Of a DNA stretch of 64,000 nt, positions 26,363-42,011 are shown piece by piece (position 1 is the stretch's first letter; each line of letters starts with the position of its first letter). Below the pieces are notes generated by a model. That model was given only the letters and a program-made list of their open reading frames with translations, had not been told where the DNA came from and ran no database searches. This stretch comes from the human T2T-CHM13v2.0 reference genome, Homo sapiens, in NCBI RefSeq assembly GCF_009914755.1, contig NC_060933.1. One strand, given 5' to 3'. A program made the position numbers and the translations under genes.

Positions 26363-26551
26363 TACCTCTAAAGATTATCAATAAAATGTGTAAAATACCA
26401 AGCTTACTACATAATAGATGCTACATAATTACAGTTGTTATTATTATAATTGTGTGTTCTATTCATATATCTAATTCTTGATAAATAACTAGTTAAAAAT
26501 TACAGTTATCTCAAAATATGTGTGCCTATGAACACTTCAAATTTAAATTAA

Positions 26552-26667
26552 GACTTGGGGTTTATTTCCGGAGTTAGAAGTTGAGATAGGTTTGTCTGCG
26601 TCCTTGGGGGACTTAAGGTTTATTTCCAGGGTTAGAAGTTGAGATAGGTTTGTCTGCTTCCTTGGGG
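26552..26667 (+). repeat. Tandem duplication, 2 x 58 bp
   Basis: gactt(gg/aa)ggtttatttcc..ttagaagttgagataggtttgtctgc.tccttgggg twice; 53/58 identical. Confidence 0.95.
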
Positions 26668-28271
26668 CTGGGAGCTGTGGCTCTTTTCCGTCTACAGTAA
26701 ATCTGCTTTTCTTTAATTCCATTTTCCCATCTCCCTTAGTAGAGCATGAGTCCTTGAATTTGATATAAAATAGTGAAGGTGAGGAATTTGTAATTATCAT
26801 CAGAATAAGGAAGTTGAGGCATGTGCTATGCAAATGCCTCCTCACTGAACAATCAGACCAGTAGGCTTCAGAACATATTTGGAATTATGTCATACTTGCC
26901 TGCGTTTGTTTATTCATTCAAGCAGTATTCATTAAGACGCTGCTTGGCGAGTGGCTCTGTGCTAAATACCTGGGGAATCAATGATGAAATAGTATAGATT
27001 ATTAATGGGCTGAATTGGGAGAAAATTTAGTAAGAAACTCTAATGCCTGAAGGGTTTTTAGTACTAACAGAGGATCTAGCCTCAAAACTATGCAAATCAT
27101 CTCTTAGACTTGCATGATTACATTTCTAGTGCCAAGGCTTTGGAGTGAAGGAAATCACCTCTGAAGTACAAAAGTTATAAAAATCCCTTTCTCGTCACTT
27201 TTGCAAGTTCCCAAATGGTGGTATGTCAGACTTAAATAACTGATGCTAAAGAAATAGCGTGATTAGAGGAGATCATAAAAACCCATCCTTCGATTCAGCT
27301 TTGCCTCCATTCATATTAGCTTGCCAAATAAAGCTGACTGCATTGTTCTAGGCTTAAAATAGAAAATGCCTCCCTGCAAATGAAACAGTCTGCTAGCATT
27401 TCATACTACTACTCCTATTTCCAATAAAATGAATTATTGATGTCTGAGTTATATCAGCCCCTCCCTAGGTTACTTCCTTTTAGAAGTTCTCTGCTTAAAA
27501 GTCACAGCAACATTTAGCAGGAGTTGAAACCACAGCATTATATTTTGAACGAGCGGTATGTGGGCCCAGAGTCTAATTCCTTTTCAAAATAAACCAACCT
27601 CTGGGTTAAAGACTTGTTTTCTAAAAGGAATAGATTTTTCATGTTGTTTCTTATCTCTGATTCAAGGAAGCTTTAACCAGGGTGAATGGAAGTGAATTTC
27701 GTCTAGTTCTTTAGTTTCTTGTCACACATCATTTCTGGTTTTACGAATGTTGCCATGTTGCAGAAACCAAAATGTGTCCTTCCCTTTCCCATTTCTGTAG
27801 ACAAGGACTGTTGTGAGGAGATAGTGTTCCAAAGCAACCAAAAGATATAGTCAGCATTTTCCGCATATAGGGGAAATATGTTAACTTATTATAATAGTAC
27901 TAGAGGAAAAAAACACACTGTAAGTCTGTGGCCTTAACACGTACAAACATTTTTTCTTTGTACCAAGGATTTGGCCAAATATGTTAAGATAAAGTTTTCC
28001 TATAGCTTAGTAGGTCAGACAAAACTTAACGAAGAAAATGAGGGTCAATATCAGAGGCTGATTTGATTTTCAAATATTTTCAAATTTTTTTCTCTAATAC
28101 TTTTGCAAAATAACATCTACAGTATACTACATAGTAGATACTTGATCAATGATTATCAAATGAATTTACATAACGTGGACTACAAGTGTACATGTACATT
28201 ACTAGAGGCTTAATGTATACCAAACATGCAATTGTGGAAAAAAAAAAAATCTGACACTTTCCATATACAGC

Positions 28272-28617
28272 TGTCTTAGTTCAGGCTGCTATCACAAAAT
28301 AACTTAGACTGGGTAATTTATAAGTAATAGAAATGTAATGCTCAGTTCTGGAACCTGGGATCGAGGCACCAGCCATTTTGTTGTCTGCTGGGGGCTCAAT
28401 CCTCATGAGATGGTGCCTTCTTGCTGTGTCCTCACATGGTAGAAGGGACAAACAAGCCCCTCAGGCCTCTTTAAAAGGGCACTAATCCCATTCACTAGGG
28501 CTCCACCTTCACAACCTAGTCACCACCGCCCAAAGCCCCACCTCTTAACACCAACATGTTAGGGATTAGAGTTTGACACATGAATTTTGGAGGGACACAA
28601 ACATTCAGATCATAGTA
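28272..28617 (-). mobile_element. MLT1A-type solo LTR (MaLR) with 5-bp TSD
   Basis: tgtcttagttcaggctgct...ggagggacacaaacattcagatcatagta; TSD acagc at 28267-28271 and 28618-28622. Confidence 0.85.
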
Positions 28618-29594
28618 ACAGCCATAGATTTTATATTCATGAAAGAACCTACAGCAAATATTTTAGAAAATTCATTTCTATACATACAGGTTCACGATGC
28701 ATTACACTGAAGTAAGTAACATCTTTGATCATTGTGTAGGTTCTGGGAAGTGGCCTCCCACGGAAAATTGCGGTGTAATAGGAAAAGCCTTCTTTCACCC
28801 CAGAAGCCAGCCATCCCTTCCCCTTCATCTCAACAACTGTTAGTCAGCAAGTCCTGACAATTCATACCAATTAATTCCTCCTCTGTAGTAGCTCTCAAAA
28901 GCCTTAGACACAAACCCCCAGCCACCCACAGTAGCCACTATGTTTATTCCCCTTCTCTTACCTATACCCTTGTTAAGAGTCTTATTAAATCGTTTCCTTG
29001 TTTCTGGTCTTCCCCTATCCTGCTCCCTGAGTGATATTTCTGAACCAAAATAAGAACATTAAAATCCTTTACTATCTTGACATATGTTAAAAATACAAGA
29101 CTCTTCAGGACCCATTCCCTTCCTTATTATCGAGTCTATTCTACTCTATGTATCCCCTCCTCTTCTTCCTCCTCCTCCATTCGTCAGGATTTGTGTCATT
29201 CCTCTAATGTGCTCCAACTGTTCACCCTTCCACCATCTACACTTGGAGAATTCCTCCTTCACCTCCCACGCATGTCACTTTCTAGTGATGCCTTCTCTCA
29301 TCCCGCATGGTATGAGCTGGTTATCCCTCCAATCAGTTTCACAGCACCTGTGAACTTATTAATTCTTTTATAAAACTTTTTTAAAATCCTAGATGGGGTC
29401 ACATTTGCCAGAGTAGGAAATAGAAAGGCAAGAACATATACTAAGTTGATTTTCAGTTTAGTTCGGGATATAAAATATCCATTTGTTCTTTCTTAGAATA
29501 ATTACAAGAGTACTGACCTTGATTGGTTCATCTAGATGAGTGAGCAAAATGTGTCCGAATTGAAGTTGCTGACCGATTAAATGGTGTTATATAC

Positions 29595-29831
29595 AGTGGG
29601 CCTTTGTGCTAGATATCTTTTTTTCTGACCTTCCATTTCTGCTCTGTATCCCAGAAGGCTGACTTTGAGGGGCTGCATTAATTGTCTGTCTTGCCCTCTG
29701 GCTTCCCATTGGGTTTGGGAAGTCAGTTGACTAAATTCAAGTCAATAAATTCAAGCCCCTCGAATAAATTCTTCTCAGGTTATCTATTATAAAACAGCCC
29801 AGTGTTTCCTGATAGGCACTTGACTGACACA
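29595..29831 (+). mobile_element. LTR33-like ERVL LTR remnant
   Basis: ttgccctctggcttcccattgggtttgg and a 3' end tgtttcctgataggcacttgactgacaca. Confidence 0.5.
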
Positions 29832-32800
29832 AGTATGTTTGTTCTTTAGCCTGGTATCTTTGGTAGAATAAAAGGGAAAATGTTTAAATACCTCTGAGAA
29901 TAAACTAAATTCATGGCAATTGTCTAAATACCTGTTTATTCTTTAATGAAAGCCAAGTAAATATAGAAAATGATTATCTAACCTCGAATTCCTATATACC
30001 TGTTACCTGCAGTGTAAATATTCATCTTTGTAAAACAATGCATTAATTATTCCCAGGCTCGTAATCATGATGATGCAGCCTTCAGAACTCCTTGTTTTTC
30101 TCTGCCAATTTTAGTATGTTCTTCTCTGGATTTGGGGACTTCAGTTTTGATAAAGGGTCTGATTGATGTTATAGGTTCAAATGAGGTATGAGTGTAATTT
30201 GTGCTAACTTGGTGTATTATTGACATGAATAATTGATAGTTGCTTGAATTTAAATTTCTTGAATTTAAATTTGTGAGAAACACTCACAAATTCCTGGGGC
30301 CTTTACAGCAGATGGAAATCGCAGTAAAGGAAACACATAAGTATCCTTTTTAAATAATGGATTAAGCATTTAAACAGGTTTTCAAGACAGGTGTATTTAA
30401 TTAGCTTTCTCTTTTAATCTTCCCTTTTAACCTTCTCTTGCATCCTTATATTTTCTTGTTTCCTTATGTTTAGAAATATGTAAGAGGTAGAGACTGAGGC
30501 CCTTGAGAGGTCAGCAATAGCAGTTTTTTTCTTTATTTCATTACTAAACATTGGAGAAGACATCCAAGAACTTTCAAATCTCATCAGCCAGTGAACACTC
30601 AGGTTAGTTGCTGAACAAGGAGGAAAGAAAAGCCCTTATTTTATTTTTTTTTCACTCCCTATACAGCTACCAGAAGAGCATGCTGAAAAAAATAAATAAA
30701 ACCTCAAGCTTATAGATTATTCATTTTAACATTACCAAAATATTGTTTAGATATTGGTTACCCTGCTATTCATATCATACAGCTTCTGAGTTAAAGAACT
30801 AAAGTTAGAATTTTATTTTTGTAAGCTAAAGGAAAGGTTATAATTTTTGTATTCTAGCAATTTAGTTAATTACAATGCAAGCTTTCTAGTCCAGTGTATT
30901 TAAGTATTTGTGTATGTGTATTTAATACCAATGATAGGTATGCATTTTAACTATAATCCTTAATAAAAGGTGAATAACACTGGGTCTGTAGGCTATTTAA
31001 ATAAAAGTGGAAAGGAAGAAAGTATGTTCTTTAGATTACAACACATTTGATTCTCATAAAATCGTTCACCAAAGAAGGCAGGGGGATAGAGTAAAAAATA
31101 TTCTGCTTTTAGAGGAGACCTAGGTACCAGCCCCAGCCTTTTTATTGACTATGTCTGTGACGTTGGAGAAGCATTCTTCTCAGAACCTTCCTCACCACGT
31201 CAGTTTCTCCATGTTCCTGTTTCAATTAAACAACCAGAACACCTACAAATGTCTGGGGTTGCTATTTGACTCTATTTGAGTGCAATGTAAACAACTGCTA
31301 ATAAAATTAGTACATCTGCATGTTGTCTCATTTACTACTCACAACAACCCACATTCAGAGAGAAGTCTAGAGAGGGTAAATAATGTGCCTAACGTCACTG
31401 AATGGCGGAATCGGAATTTGAGCTTGTTTGTTCTCACACTGTCTGATTACCTGCATAACTAAATTAATTGGTGGTCAAGTAGATGAGTAGATGAGAAATC
31501 AATTCTTGTGCGGAGCACAAGCTTCAGTAAGTTTACTATCAACAGAGAACTAGAATCACCAGAATTTACAGCATTGTGTTCAGTAAACACTTAATAACTT
31601 GGCTGTACCAAGTGCTGGTACTCAGGTCCCTGTTTCTCCAGAGAGAAGGGGTTGGTCTGCATAGTTTGCTAATACCATGTGTATGTGTAACTTCGAACAA
31701 GTAACAAAGATTATATTTTACAGTAAATGATTATATAAATTTGACTCCACAGTGGTATTCATTTTGTGGAAGTAAATGAAGGCCACCCAAATGAGACAAG
31801 ACACTGTTCAGAGCTTGGAATAGCAAGGAGTCAGCCACCATCGCTTGCAGAGACTCCAAAGCAGACACAAGACTGGGAAAGCTTTGTAGTGAGGGGAAAA
31901 AAGCCAAACAAAGGAAAGGGAAAACTTCACATTTGGTCTGTTGGAGAATGTCTCGGAGAAGCTGGAGCTTGGATCTCTTTGTTCTCAAACAGTTCTACTT
32001 ACATGTATTGACAAGTTTGTTTGTTTGTTTGTTTAATTAAACTTGAATGAGTTCCAGCTGGTCATACTATAAACAAAAGGTTTTTGGAGACTATATAAAA
32101 GTACCACAGGTACAGATGTTGTTAATATTATTACAGGTGACAGTAAGTAAAGATAAGGTTTTAGTCTAATTCTCAGAGGGCAAGTGGTTAGTTTTCACAT
32201 TTCTCTATTTGGGGATATGGATTCTTTGAGGTTGGAATCACATAAAGTAAAAGACACTTTTCCAATGTTTTTGCACTTAAGCGACAACCTTTGTGAGTCC
32301 CTCTGGAAATGTGGGCTGTGGAAGAAAGATACTCTGTAGGAGGAAAAGACTGAGCCAAAGAAGAGCCTGTGAAAATCAGAAACCTCCTCTTACCCTAAGG
32401 AGGGGATGGGATAGTGAGGTTGTGTCGTACGTGGGGAATTGTGGTGAATTTTCTTGCCTATACAACACCTAAAATAGCTCCAAGGAATTGAGAAGAGCAG
32501 TAGAGTACCTGGAGAATCCCCGCCAATTCTCCTGCATCCCCTCCTTCTCCACTCTCAGGCGAAGCTGCCATCTCATGAATTTTAGAAAAGAGTGACCTTT
32601 GTTAAGAGTTTACCACTTCCTATTTTTAGATATCCACGCACCAGCTGCATGTAATTTGCGTATGCTAGTAAATGCATTTGAATTTGCATGAATTGCAGAT
32701 AAAATCCCTTGTGGTGACATCCTGAGCTGAGATGAGCTGACTGCTAACATTTTTGTATGACCTTTTTGCTCTTGGTTGGTATTCCCTCCTTCTGAGGTTC

Positions 32801-34980
32801 ATTCTCAAAGGATCACACCCCCTCCCATGCCTGTCCCAATTACCATATATAGACTCTCATTTTCTCTCCAACCCTTCCGCCCCGACAAGTATCAGGTTGT
32901 CACATATCCTTTTCTTTTTCCACTATCCTGATACCTTGATCTTCCCATAGGCTCTAGTATTATGTTGTTATTCCGCAGAGAAAGAGGGACACGTTTGTCT
33001 CTAGCAGTTGCCTCGGTCTTGGGACCCGTTCATTTTAGTTTATGCTAGGTGATTTGATTTGAATTCACACTGGTCAGCAGTCTTAATTGTGACCTGTGTT
33101 GTTAATTTTATTGAATGTCATACTCTTTCATAAAATTTTTTATTTTTCCTAAAGAATGACAAATCCCTTTAATGTTTTCCAAAGGAGTGGGAAATAGGTG
33201 TTGTTATACTTGAAACAAAAGCACTTGATTGTTTTCTTCTCTTATCCACCCATCTCGTGTATCACATAAGAAGTAATGGGATAGGTTGGGCAGTGGAGCA
33301 TCCAAGGGGAACTGCAGTTGGAATTGAAGAGATCAAAGAGTTGGGATACTTGGCTTTGTTGAAATGTAATTCGTAAAGAGGGAAGGGAAATCCCCAAAGT
33401 CAGGAACAATCTTAGATGCAGCTCCATTGACAACCATGTATTCACTTTGTCACCCATACACTGAATGACACCATTCCTGGGACAATAGGAGCCCCATCAT
33501 TTTGACTTTTTTCCAATGCGGAGATGCCACAGCAACTGGGGTTTAATTCTTCCATAGGTTGATTTTTATATCAAATTGTTCAACCAACCTTCCTGCAGGG
33601 AGAAATACTAGTGGCATTGTTTTAGTAGAACCACATTCCACAACATGGAGCGCGGGAACAATACCAATTTCACTGTTACATTTGTAGGTGTGTTCATATT
33701 TGTTGAAATCTTTGTAGCCCAAATGCAAATATGAGGAGGTATTTCGGTAAGCAATTGCAAATTATATTTCTGTTCTTGTATATTTCATGTTTTCAGATAC
33801 TGTTTTTACATCAGTTCATTCCACTTATGTTCGTCCCATATTCTCATTGTGTTTTTATAAGCTTCAGTTAGAATCCGCACTGTAAAACTTATTTCAATTA
33901 TAGGATATACTAACACAGGTTTAATGCATCCCGGTTGAAACAAACAAACAAAAATACCCAGAACTTCTTTATATCTGTGATATCACTTTTCCCCCCTTGT
34001 CTTTGGTTAGGGAGATGTCATACTAACAAAATACTTTGTTAAGGATGGTACCCATATCTTAAATTCACAAAATGTTTTTCTTAAAAAATTTATAGGTTTC
34101 TCAAATACATTTGGATAGTACATACTCATAGATTTCCAAGACAGGTATTTGGAGGGAAACAGAAAAATGTGTATGAGGAAGGGAGGCCCAAGTAACTGCT
34201 AGGTAAATTGTTTAATAAAATTTAATAATTCTGTTATATGCTAAGAGAATGTACTAAGCAATAACCTATAAAAGCATGCCTATGCTGATCCATGGACAAA
34301 CACTACATGTTTGTACTTGAAAAGTTATTGTTATGTTGTTACAATGATTTTAAAAATGCAATACACAAGAACTGCTTCTTTGGTCTTCCTGTGAGCCGTT
34401 CTACAGCTTTGAGAAGCTTGGTATATGATTTGGGTGGGCAAGTGAAGAATAATTTTGTCTTCCAAAAAAACTTTGGCTGCTTTTGCCTTGGGCTATAAAC
34501 TCAGTAAAGACTAAATAGAGTTCAGCAGGGTCATTATGTGTTTCTCATGACAGAATGAGAAAAAAGAGCAAATCTCAGGTTCCCTCGAATGGCATTAGCG
34601 CCTCCAAGCTCTCTGGGATCTCACCTTGTCAAGCAAGGAGGAGCCATCAACTAAAAATAATAATTTATCTAGAGTTTTACAGTTCACAAAGTACTTTTAC
34701 ATTTATGCCCACATCACTTGTAAACATTCATGTCAGATAGGTAGGGTAGATTTTTGTTTTTGTCCCCCAGTTTCTGAATTCTTTTTTACGTATAAGGAAT
34801 CTTCTGTCTTAAGAGTCTTGGTTGAGGACAAAGACTGCTCGGTAGTATGGCAGCTGAAAACGGCTAACACTCCTCACTTCATGTACTCTAGGGCACAGGC
34901 CATGTGATCCAGATTGTAAAAATCAATTGCACCTGCTATTAAGAGCATAAGCCAAGTAAGGTCTCACTCCCTTAGATGTG

Positions 34981-34987
34981 TTCTCTG

Positions 34988-35067
<80 letters not shown>
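34981..35067. repeat. (CT)n microsatellite with three single-G interruptions
   Basis: Seen directly; ~85-nt near-pure pyrimidine tract. Confidence 0.97.
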
Positions 35068-36213
35068 AACAGGTCTTTCCTCATAGATCAGCTGTGTCTT
35101 TTTATTGATCCTTAGCTTCCACCCTGGTTAATCAGTGCTCCCAACAATTCCGAGCTTCCCAAGATCCCTTTAACAAACTACTTTTCTGCTTAACTCAGTC
35201 AGTTACAGCAAAGAACCAGAGATTAAATGTCATTACCAGTGCCCCCTTTTTGCAGAGGAAGAAAGTAAAATTGAAGGCAGGCTCTCACATAGCTTATGAA
35301 AGTGAGTCTGGCCTCCAAACCCATGTTCCTTGTATCATAATACACTCTAATTTGGAGCAGGACCCTAGATGCTTTTTCTGAACATAGTGTTTATAAGCAA
35401 TAAACAATGTTTAATTCATGGAAACAATTGTAGTTAATTTATGAGAATTTAGTGTTTATTTTATGGCATATCATTTCATTTAGAAAGGATTTCTGAATAC
35501 CTAGTAGAAACATAGCAGTGTTTTGGTTATTCATTAAAAATCTACTAGTGATATACTTACAGTATGTAGAAATTTAGTATTGATCCATCACTTAACTAAC
35601 ACAGTGCAGTTAAAACAAACCACTAGGCAGGATGTGATTTGGAGACCATCAGTTTTCCAAAAGCGTTTCATGGAACCCTGGAGTCTGCTGATGGATCTCA
35701 CAGGCTGTCCAAATGTGGCTCAAGAGGTTGTGTGGATGGGTGTAGCTCTCTCTTCCTCAAACAAACCAAAATCTATTTTAAAATCTTATTTACGTGGTAG
35801 AATTTCTCTTAGAATTATATTTGAAGTAAAAAGTTCTTTTTATGTAAAATAAAATACACAATTGTAAACTAGGGCCATAAACCATAGGAATAGGATTTAG
35901 AGAAGTTACTACTGTAGGTTAAATTCAGAGAAGACTTCTGGAGGCAATAGTATTTCACCTGAGTCTTGGAAAATGACTGACCAAAGAGAACAACCATTCA
36001 TGAGATGACTTTTGTAATGACTGACAGTGCCCTGGTATTAGTGAGCTTCTTGCAAGCTTTGGAACAAAAGGCATCTTCTTGTTAAGCCAGACATTTCTTA
36101 TTTTCCCTGGAGCTTCTCCTTTATCTAAAACTTAAATCTGAATGTGTTTTGCCTCTGTCTTCAAACCCCTTATGACTATGTCCAAACTCTTTAAATGTAT
36201 GTAAAGAATTTAT

Positions 36214-36518
36214 GGCCAGGTGCGGTGGCTCACACCTGTAATTCCAGCACTTTGGGAGGCCAAGGCGGGCGGATCACGAGGTCAAGAGATCAAGACAATC
36301 CTGGCCAATATGGTGAAACCCCGTCTCTACTAAAAATACAAAAATTAGCCAGGTGTGGTGGCTGTGCCTGTAGTCCCAGCTACTCAGGAGGCTGAGGCAG
36401 GAGAATCACTTGAACTGAGGAGGCAGAGGTTGCAGTGAGCCCAGATTGTACCATTACACCCCAGTCTGGGTGACAGAGCAAGACTCTGTCTCAAGGGGAA
36501 AAAAAAAAAAAAAAAAAA
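36214..36518 (+). mobile_element. AluSc-like
   Basis: ggatcacgaggtcaagagatc; TSD aaagaatttat / aaagattttat. Confidence 0.93.
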
Positions 36519-37011
36519 GATTTTATAATGTGTTCACTGTCTTTTTAGCCTCACCCCTTAACCCTTTCTACAATATGCTGTGGTTTTAACTAATGTTTTT
36601 TACAGTCATCTGAAAATAGCATACCTTATTCAATACTAGAGACTGATGAATAGTAGATACTCAATAAGTGGTCATGTTGTTATTCTACAGTGCTTGGAGA
36701 TCCTTATATATAGGGTGTTACCTTGTGTATTACGATTAATTCTAATTTAACCTAGTTGGAAGCTGAGTTTTGCTACATCCCTGCCCTGTGGCAAGATCAT
36801 TGCCCCCTTTTCACTTCTTGAGCAAATAAAGGGAAAGAAAAAACGCCATGAAATGCAAAATATTCAAGTTTTATGGATAAAAAACCTAAAACAAGTGGCA
36901 GAAATAAGTTTTAAATGAACTTTAGTCTTATTCTGATATTCCAAACTTTTGTGTAAAAGCGTACTAACTGCCATTTTTGTCTTTTGTTTCTATTTCTCTT
37001 AAATGACTTCA

Positions 37012-37321
<310 letters not shown>

Positions 37322-37638
37322 CTAAAAGTTTCAGCAAAGGGAAAAAACTTTACTATAGACTGAATATTTGTTGCCTGAAGAAGTATTTTCCCTTAGCTAG
37401 AAATAAGAAGCACTCCACTCCCACCAAATCTCCAACTTACTTATGTACAAACTTACATAAAGTATTAGCACAATCACATAGTGATGTTCCTTGAGATGTT
37501 TTTAATGAACGTGCATCGCAACAGCCTGTAATTCCTTCCCATGAAGTGCCTCCTCAAAGGGGACAGTGATGACAGCTTTACTGTTATCACTGTGGGTTGG
37601 ACTGTAGCATTAGTGAGATGAAGAGTTTGAGGTTTTAA

Positions 37639-38032
<394 letters not shown>

Positions 38033-38348
38033 TTACAGATATTAAAAGGCAGGCTTCCATTTAGACTCTGAAAAAAAGACTGCAATTTTCATGGAAAGAA
38101 AATGTTGCAAGTTACCTGGGGCTGTTTTCATTAACACTGACTAATTCTTATTCTTAGGCCTCTGAAAGGAAATTATGAATTAACCTTTGATTTGGAGGTT
38201 TTTGTTTTTCTTTCAGATGTCACGTGCTGGCCTTGCTTATAGGAGGTAAATAAGTGGTATAAGCTTTACAAAATGTGTTCACTAAGAAATTTTAGAATGA
38301 AAAAATGAAAATGGGCCATGCACATATAATTATTGATTAATAAAACTT

Positions 38349-38531
38349 TTTATTTTATGTATGTATTTATTTTGAGTCCGAGTTACGAGACTGGCTAATT
38401 TTTGTATTTTTGGTAGAGACAGTGCTTCACCATGTTGCCTAGGCTGGTCTTGAACTCCTGGGCTCAAGCAATCCACCGGTCTCATTCTCCCAAAGTGCTT
38501 GAATTACAGGTGTGAGCCACTGTGCCCAGCC
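38349..38531 (-). mobile_element. Shortened AluJ-like element (left arm, linker, short 3' segment, A-tail) with 15-bp TSD
   Basis: Perfect TSD tgattaataaaactt at 38334-38348 and 38532-38546. Confidence 0.88.
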
Positions 38532-40801
38532 TGATTAATAAAACTTGTGAAATAATTCCTTGAGATTTGAATTTTAGCCAAAATCAGTCAGTCTTTCTCT
38601 CTTTCTCTCTCTATGTCCCATCACACACATGTACCCCTAACTAATTATAATTAGGGACAGTTTTTTTTAAATAAAAAAGGGTGGCTTGAAAAATGTTACC
38701 AACTTTCTTATTACATTCTTATGTATTAACCATATAAATGTTAATAAATATAAATGTTGGTCTTAAAAATTAAGGTTAAGCCTCTTAAATAGCATAAGCA
38801 GAAATAAGGAAACAAATCAGATATAATTAGACCAACGTAAGGAACAACTTCAGATGTAGAATTTGGCTATAATTTTAACAACTTGAGATTTTAAAAATCA
38901 GGAATATGAATAGTAAATGAGTTGGCATGTATTCATGGTAGTATTTGAAGTCAGACATTTCCATACTGATTTATCTTTTACTAATATGAGGAGATTAGAA
39001 TTAATGAGATGGGAAGTAAATGTGATGATATTTTTGAATTGGGGTTACAAGCTAGAAACATGAAAGTGTGCCTGTGCAGGACGATCGTGAAAGTCTGATA
39101 TTGGGAAAGAAGCTCAAAGGTTGTAGGAATAACTTAGGGTAAGTCTTATTACCACTGGGAGACTTAATTATCTTCTGTGTGTAAAACAGTGGGGGAAATA
39201 AAAGCTACCAGCAGTTTTCTGTGAGCATTACAGATCATGCATTCTGAATGTTTGGAATGCTGTACGCAGTGCAACCCTTTTGTAATAACTCTTGGTATTA
39301 GAGCTAATTTAGAGGTTTTGGTCATCAGGAAAGCCTAGTAATAGCCTAGTAAGAGAGCTCCAAGTTAAATGAATTATTGACATTTTTTCATCCTGTTACT
39401 CCTTTGTGGGAAATTATTGGGATGTTTGTATTTTAAGTGTGCAAATAGTCAAAGTAATACTTGAATTTTTATTTATTTTTTTGTGAAGGGGACCATTCAA
39501 ATTCTCTTGGAAAGGCTGAATGGTTTTAAGAGCTATGAAGACTATTTCTGCTTTGTAATAATTGGTCATTTAAATAGTCTATTTAAAGTCTGATTTTCAT
39601 GGTAGAGTTCCAAAAAATTGAATACTCCTCCAAATCTTCTCGCAAAAACAGATCACAGTCTATTCCTTCTCTGAAAATCACCATGTTTCTTTCCTCATAC
39701 ATTTGCTAAGAGGATGTAGAAGAGGAACATGATAATACATTTTGAATGGATTTCTTGGCTTTGGAATTTTCCCATTTTCAAATGTAAGTTATTTATTGGA
39801 TTTATAACAATTTGTCCTTCAGTGAATGATCAGAAAACCTCACTAGAATACAGTAATTATCGTGATTATGAAGAAGAGTTGCAACAATAAAGCAGCAGTG
39901 AATTATTTATCCACACAGACATCTCTGTGTGTTTTCGGAGATTAGACTATGCTCTTCATCCTGATGCAAGAGAAAAGTTTTAAAACAGTGATTATTTCAA
40001 CATTCTTATTCAAAAATTTGATCTACCTTGTTTTCACCAGTTGGTGATTGGTTTCCATGGAAATGGAAATGGAATAAGCATTCCTCCTTTTAGATTCTCA
40101 GCTACCCCATGCCAACTGAGAGCTGTAAATGCCATTTGGTTAACAGCAAGGATTCAGAATTCTTCGATTTTAAAGTGGCAGAGGGAGAGGAAAAGAAAAG
40201 TTTTGCCAAGTCATTTCACTTTTCTCCCTTTGAAAAGGACACAGTTTTATGATTGTCTGAGCTATTGACAGATGACTGTCAGATGAAACAAAGTCCAACA
40301 ATGTCTCTTGACTAATCAATTTAAATCTCTTTTCTACCCTTCACAAAGTTCTTTAACTCATTGTGATTTATTAATAAATTAATAACTGACTTGTTATGGT
40401 CTTCCTGGTTCTCTACCTGCTATCCCTATGGTGGGCACTGAAGTGATTTAGATGTTGGGAGGAGATGATTTGGTGATCTCAGTGATCTGTAACCTAAGGG
40501 AATGATAATCTGTTGATAAAGGGTGTGGCGGGAGTGGTAGAGAGACTGGGGTTGGCAAATTCTCACTTCTGAGAGATTGTTACTTAATTTGCCATAAGGG
40601 TTTTCCATTTCTGCAATTATTGTTCATAACTACTACATTTTCCCAAACTATTCCATAGGAAGGAGAATGAAGAATATTATAAATAAATGCTTTAGCATAC
40701 AGTGGTTAAGCATTAATATAGTTGTTTTCTTTTGTCTTGTTTTATGACTCTGGACAGATGAATCAATATGAATGTTCAAATACTAACTTTAGTAGCATTA
40801 A

Positions 40802-41508
<707 letters not shown>

Positions 41509-41716
41509 AACTGTAGTTCTTAAGTATTGCCCAGTACAGTCTGTGAACACACTTCTTCTCTTGGGGATAAAAAGGAGTTTCTGTATGTCCCAATGTCTGA
41601 CATTAATGAAGAAAAGAAAAGCAGACATAATGGCTTCCAGCCATGGACTGCCCCTGTGTCTCTAAGTGTGATATCACACCTAGCCAAAACAGGTAATATG
41701 TCAACCAAAGAAATGA

Positions 41717-42011
<295 letters not shown>

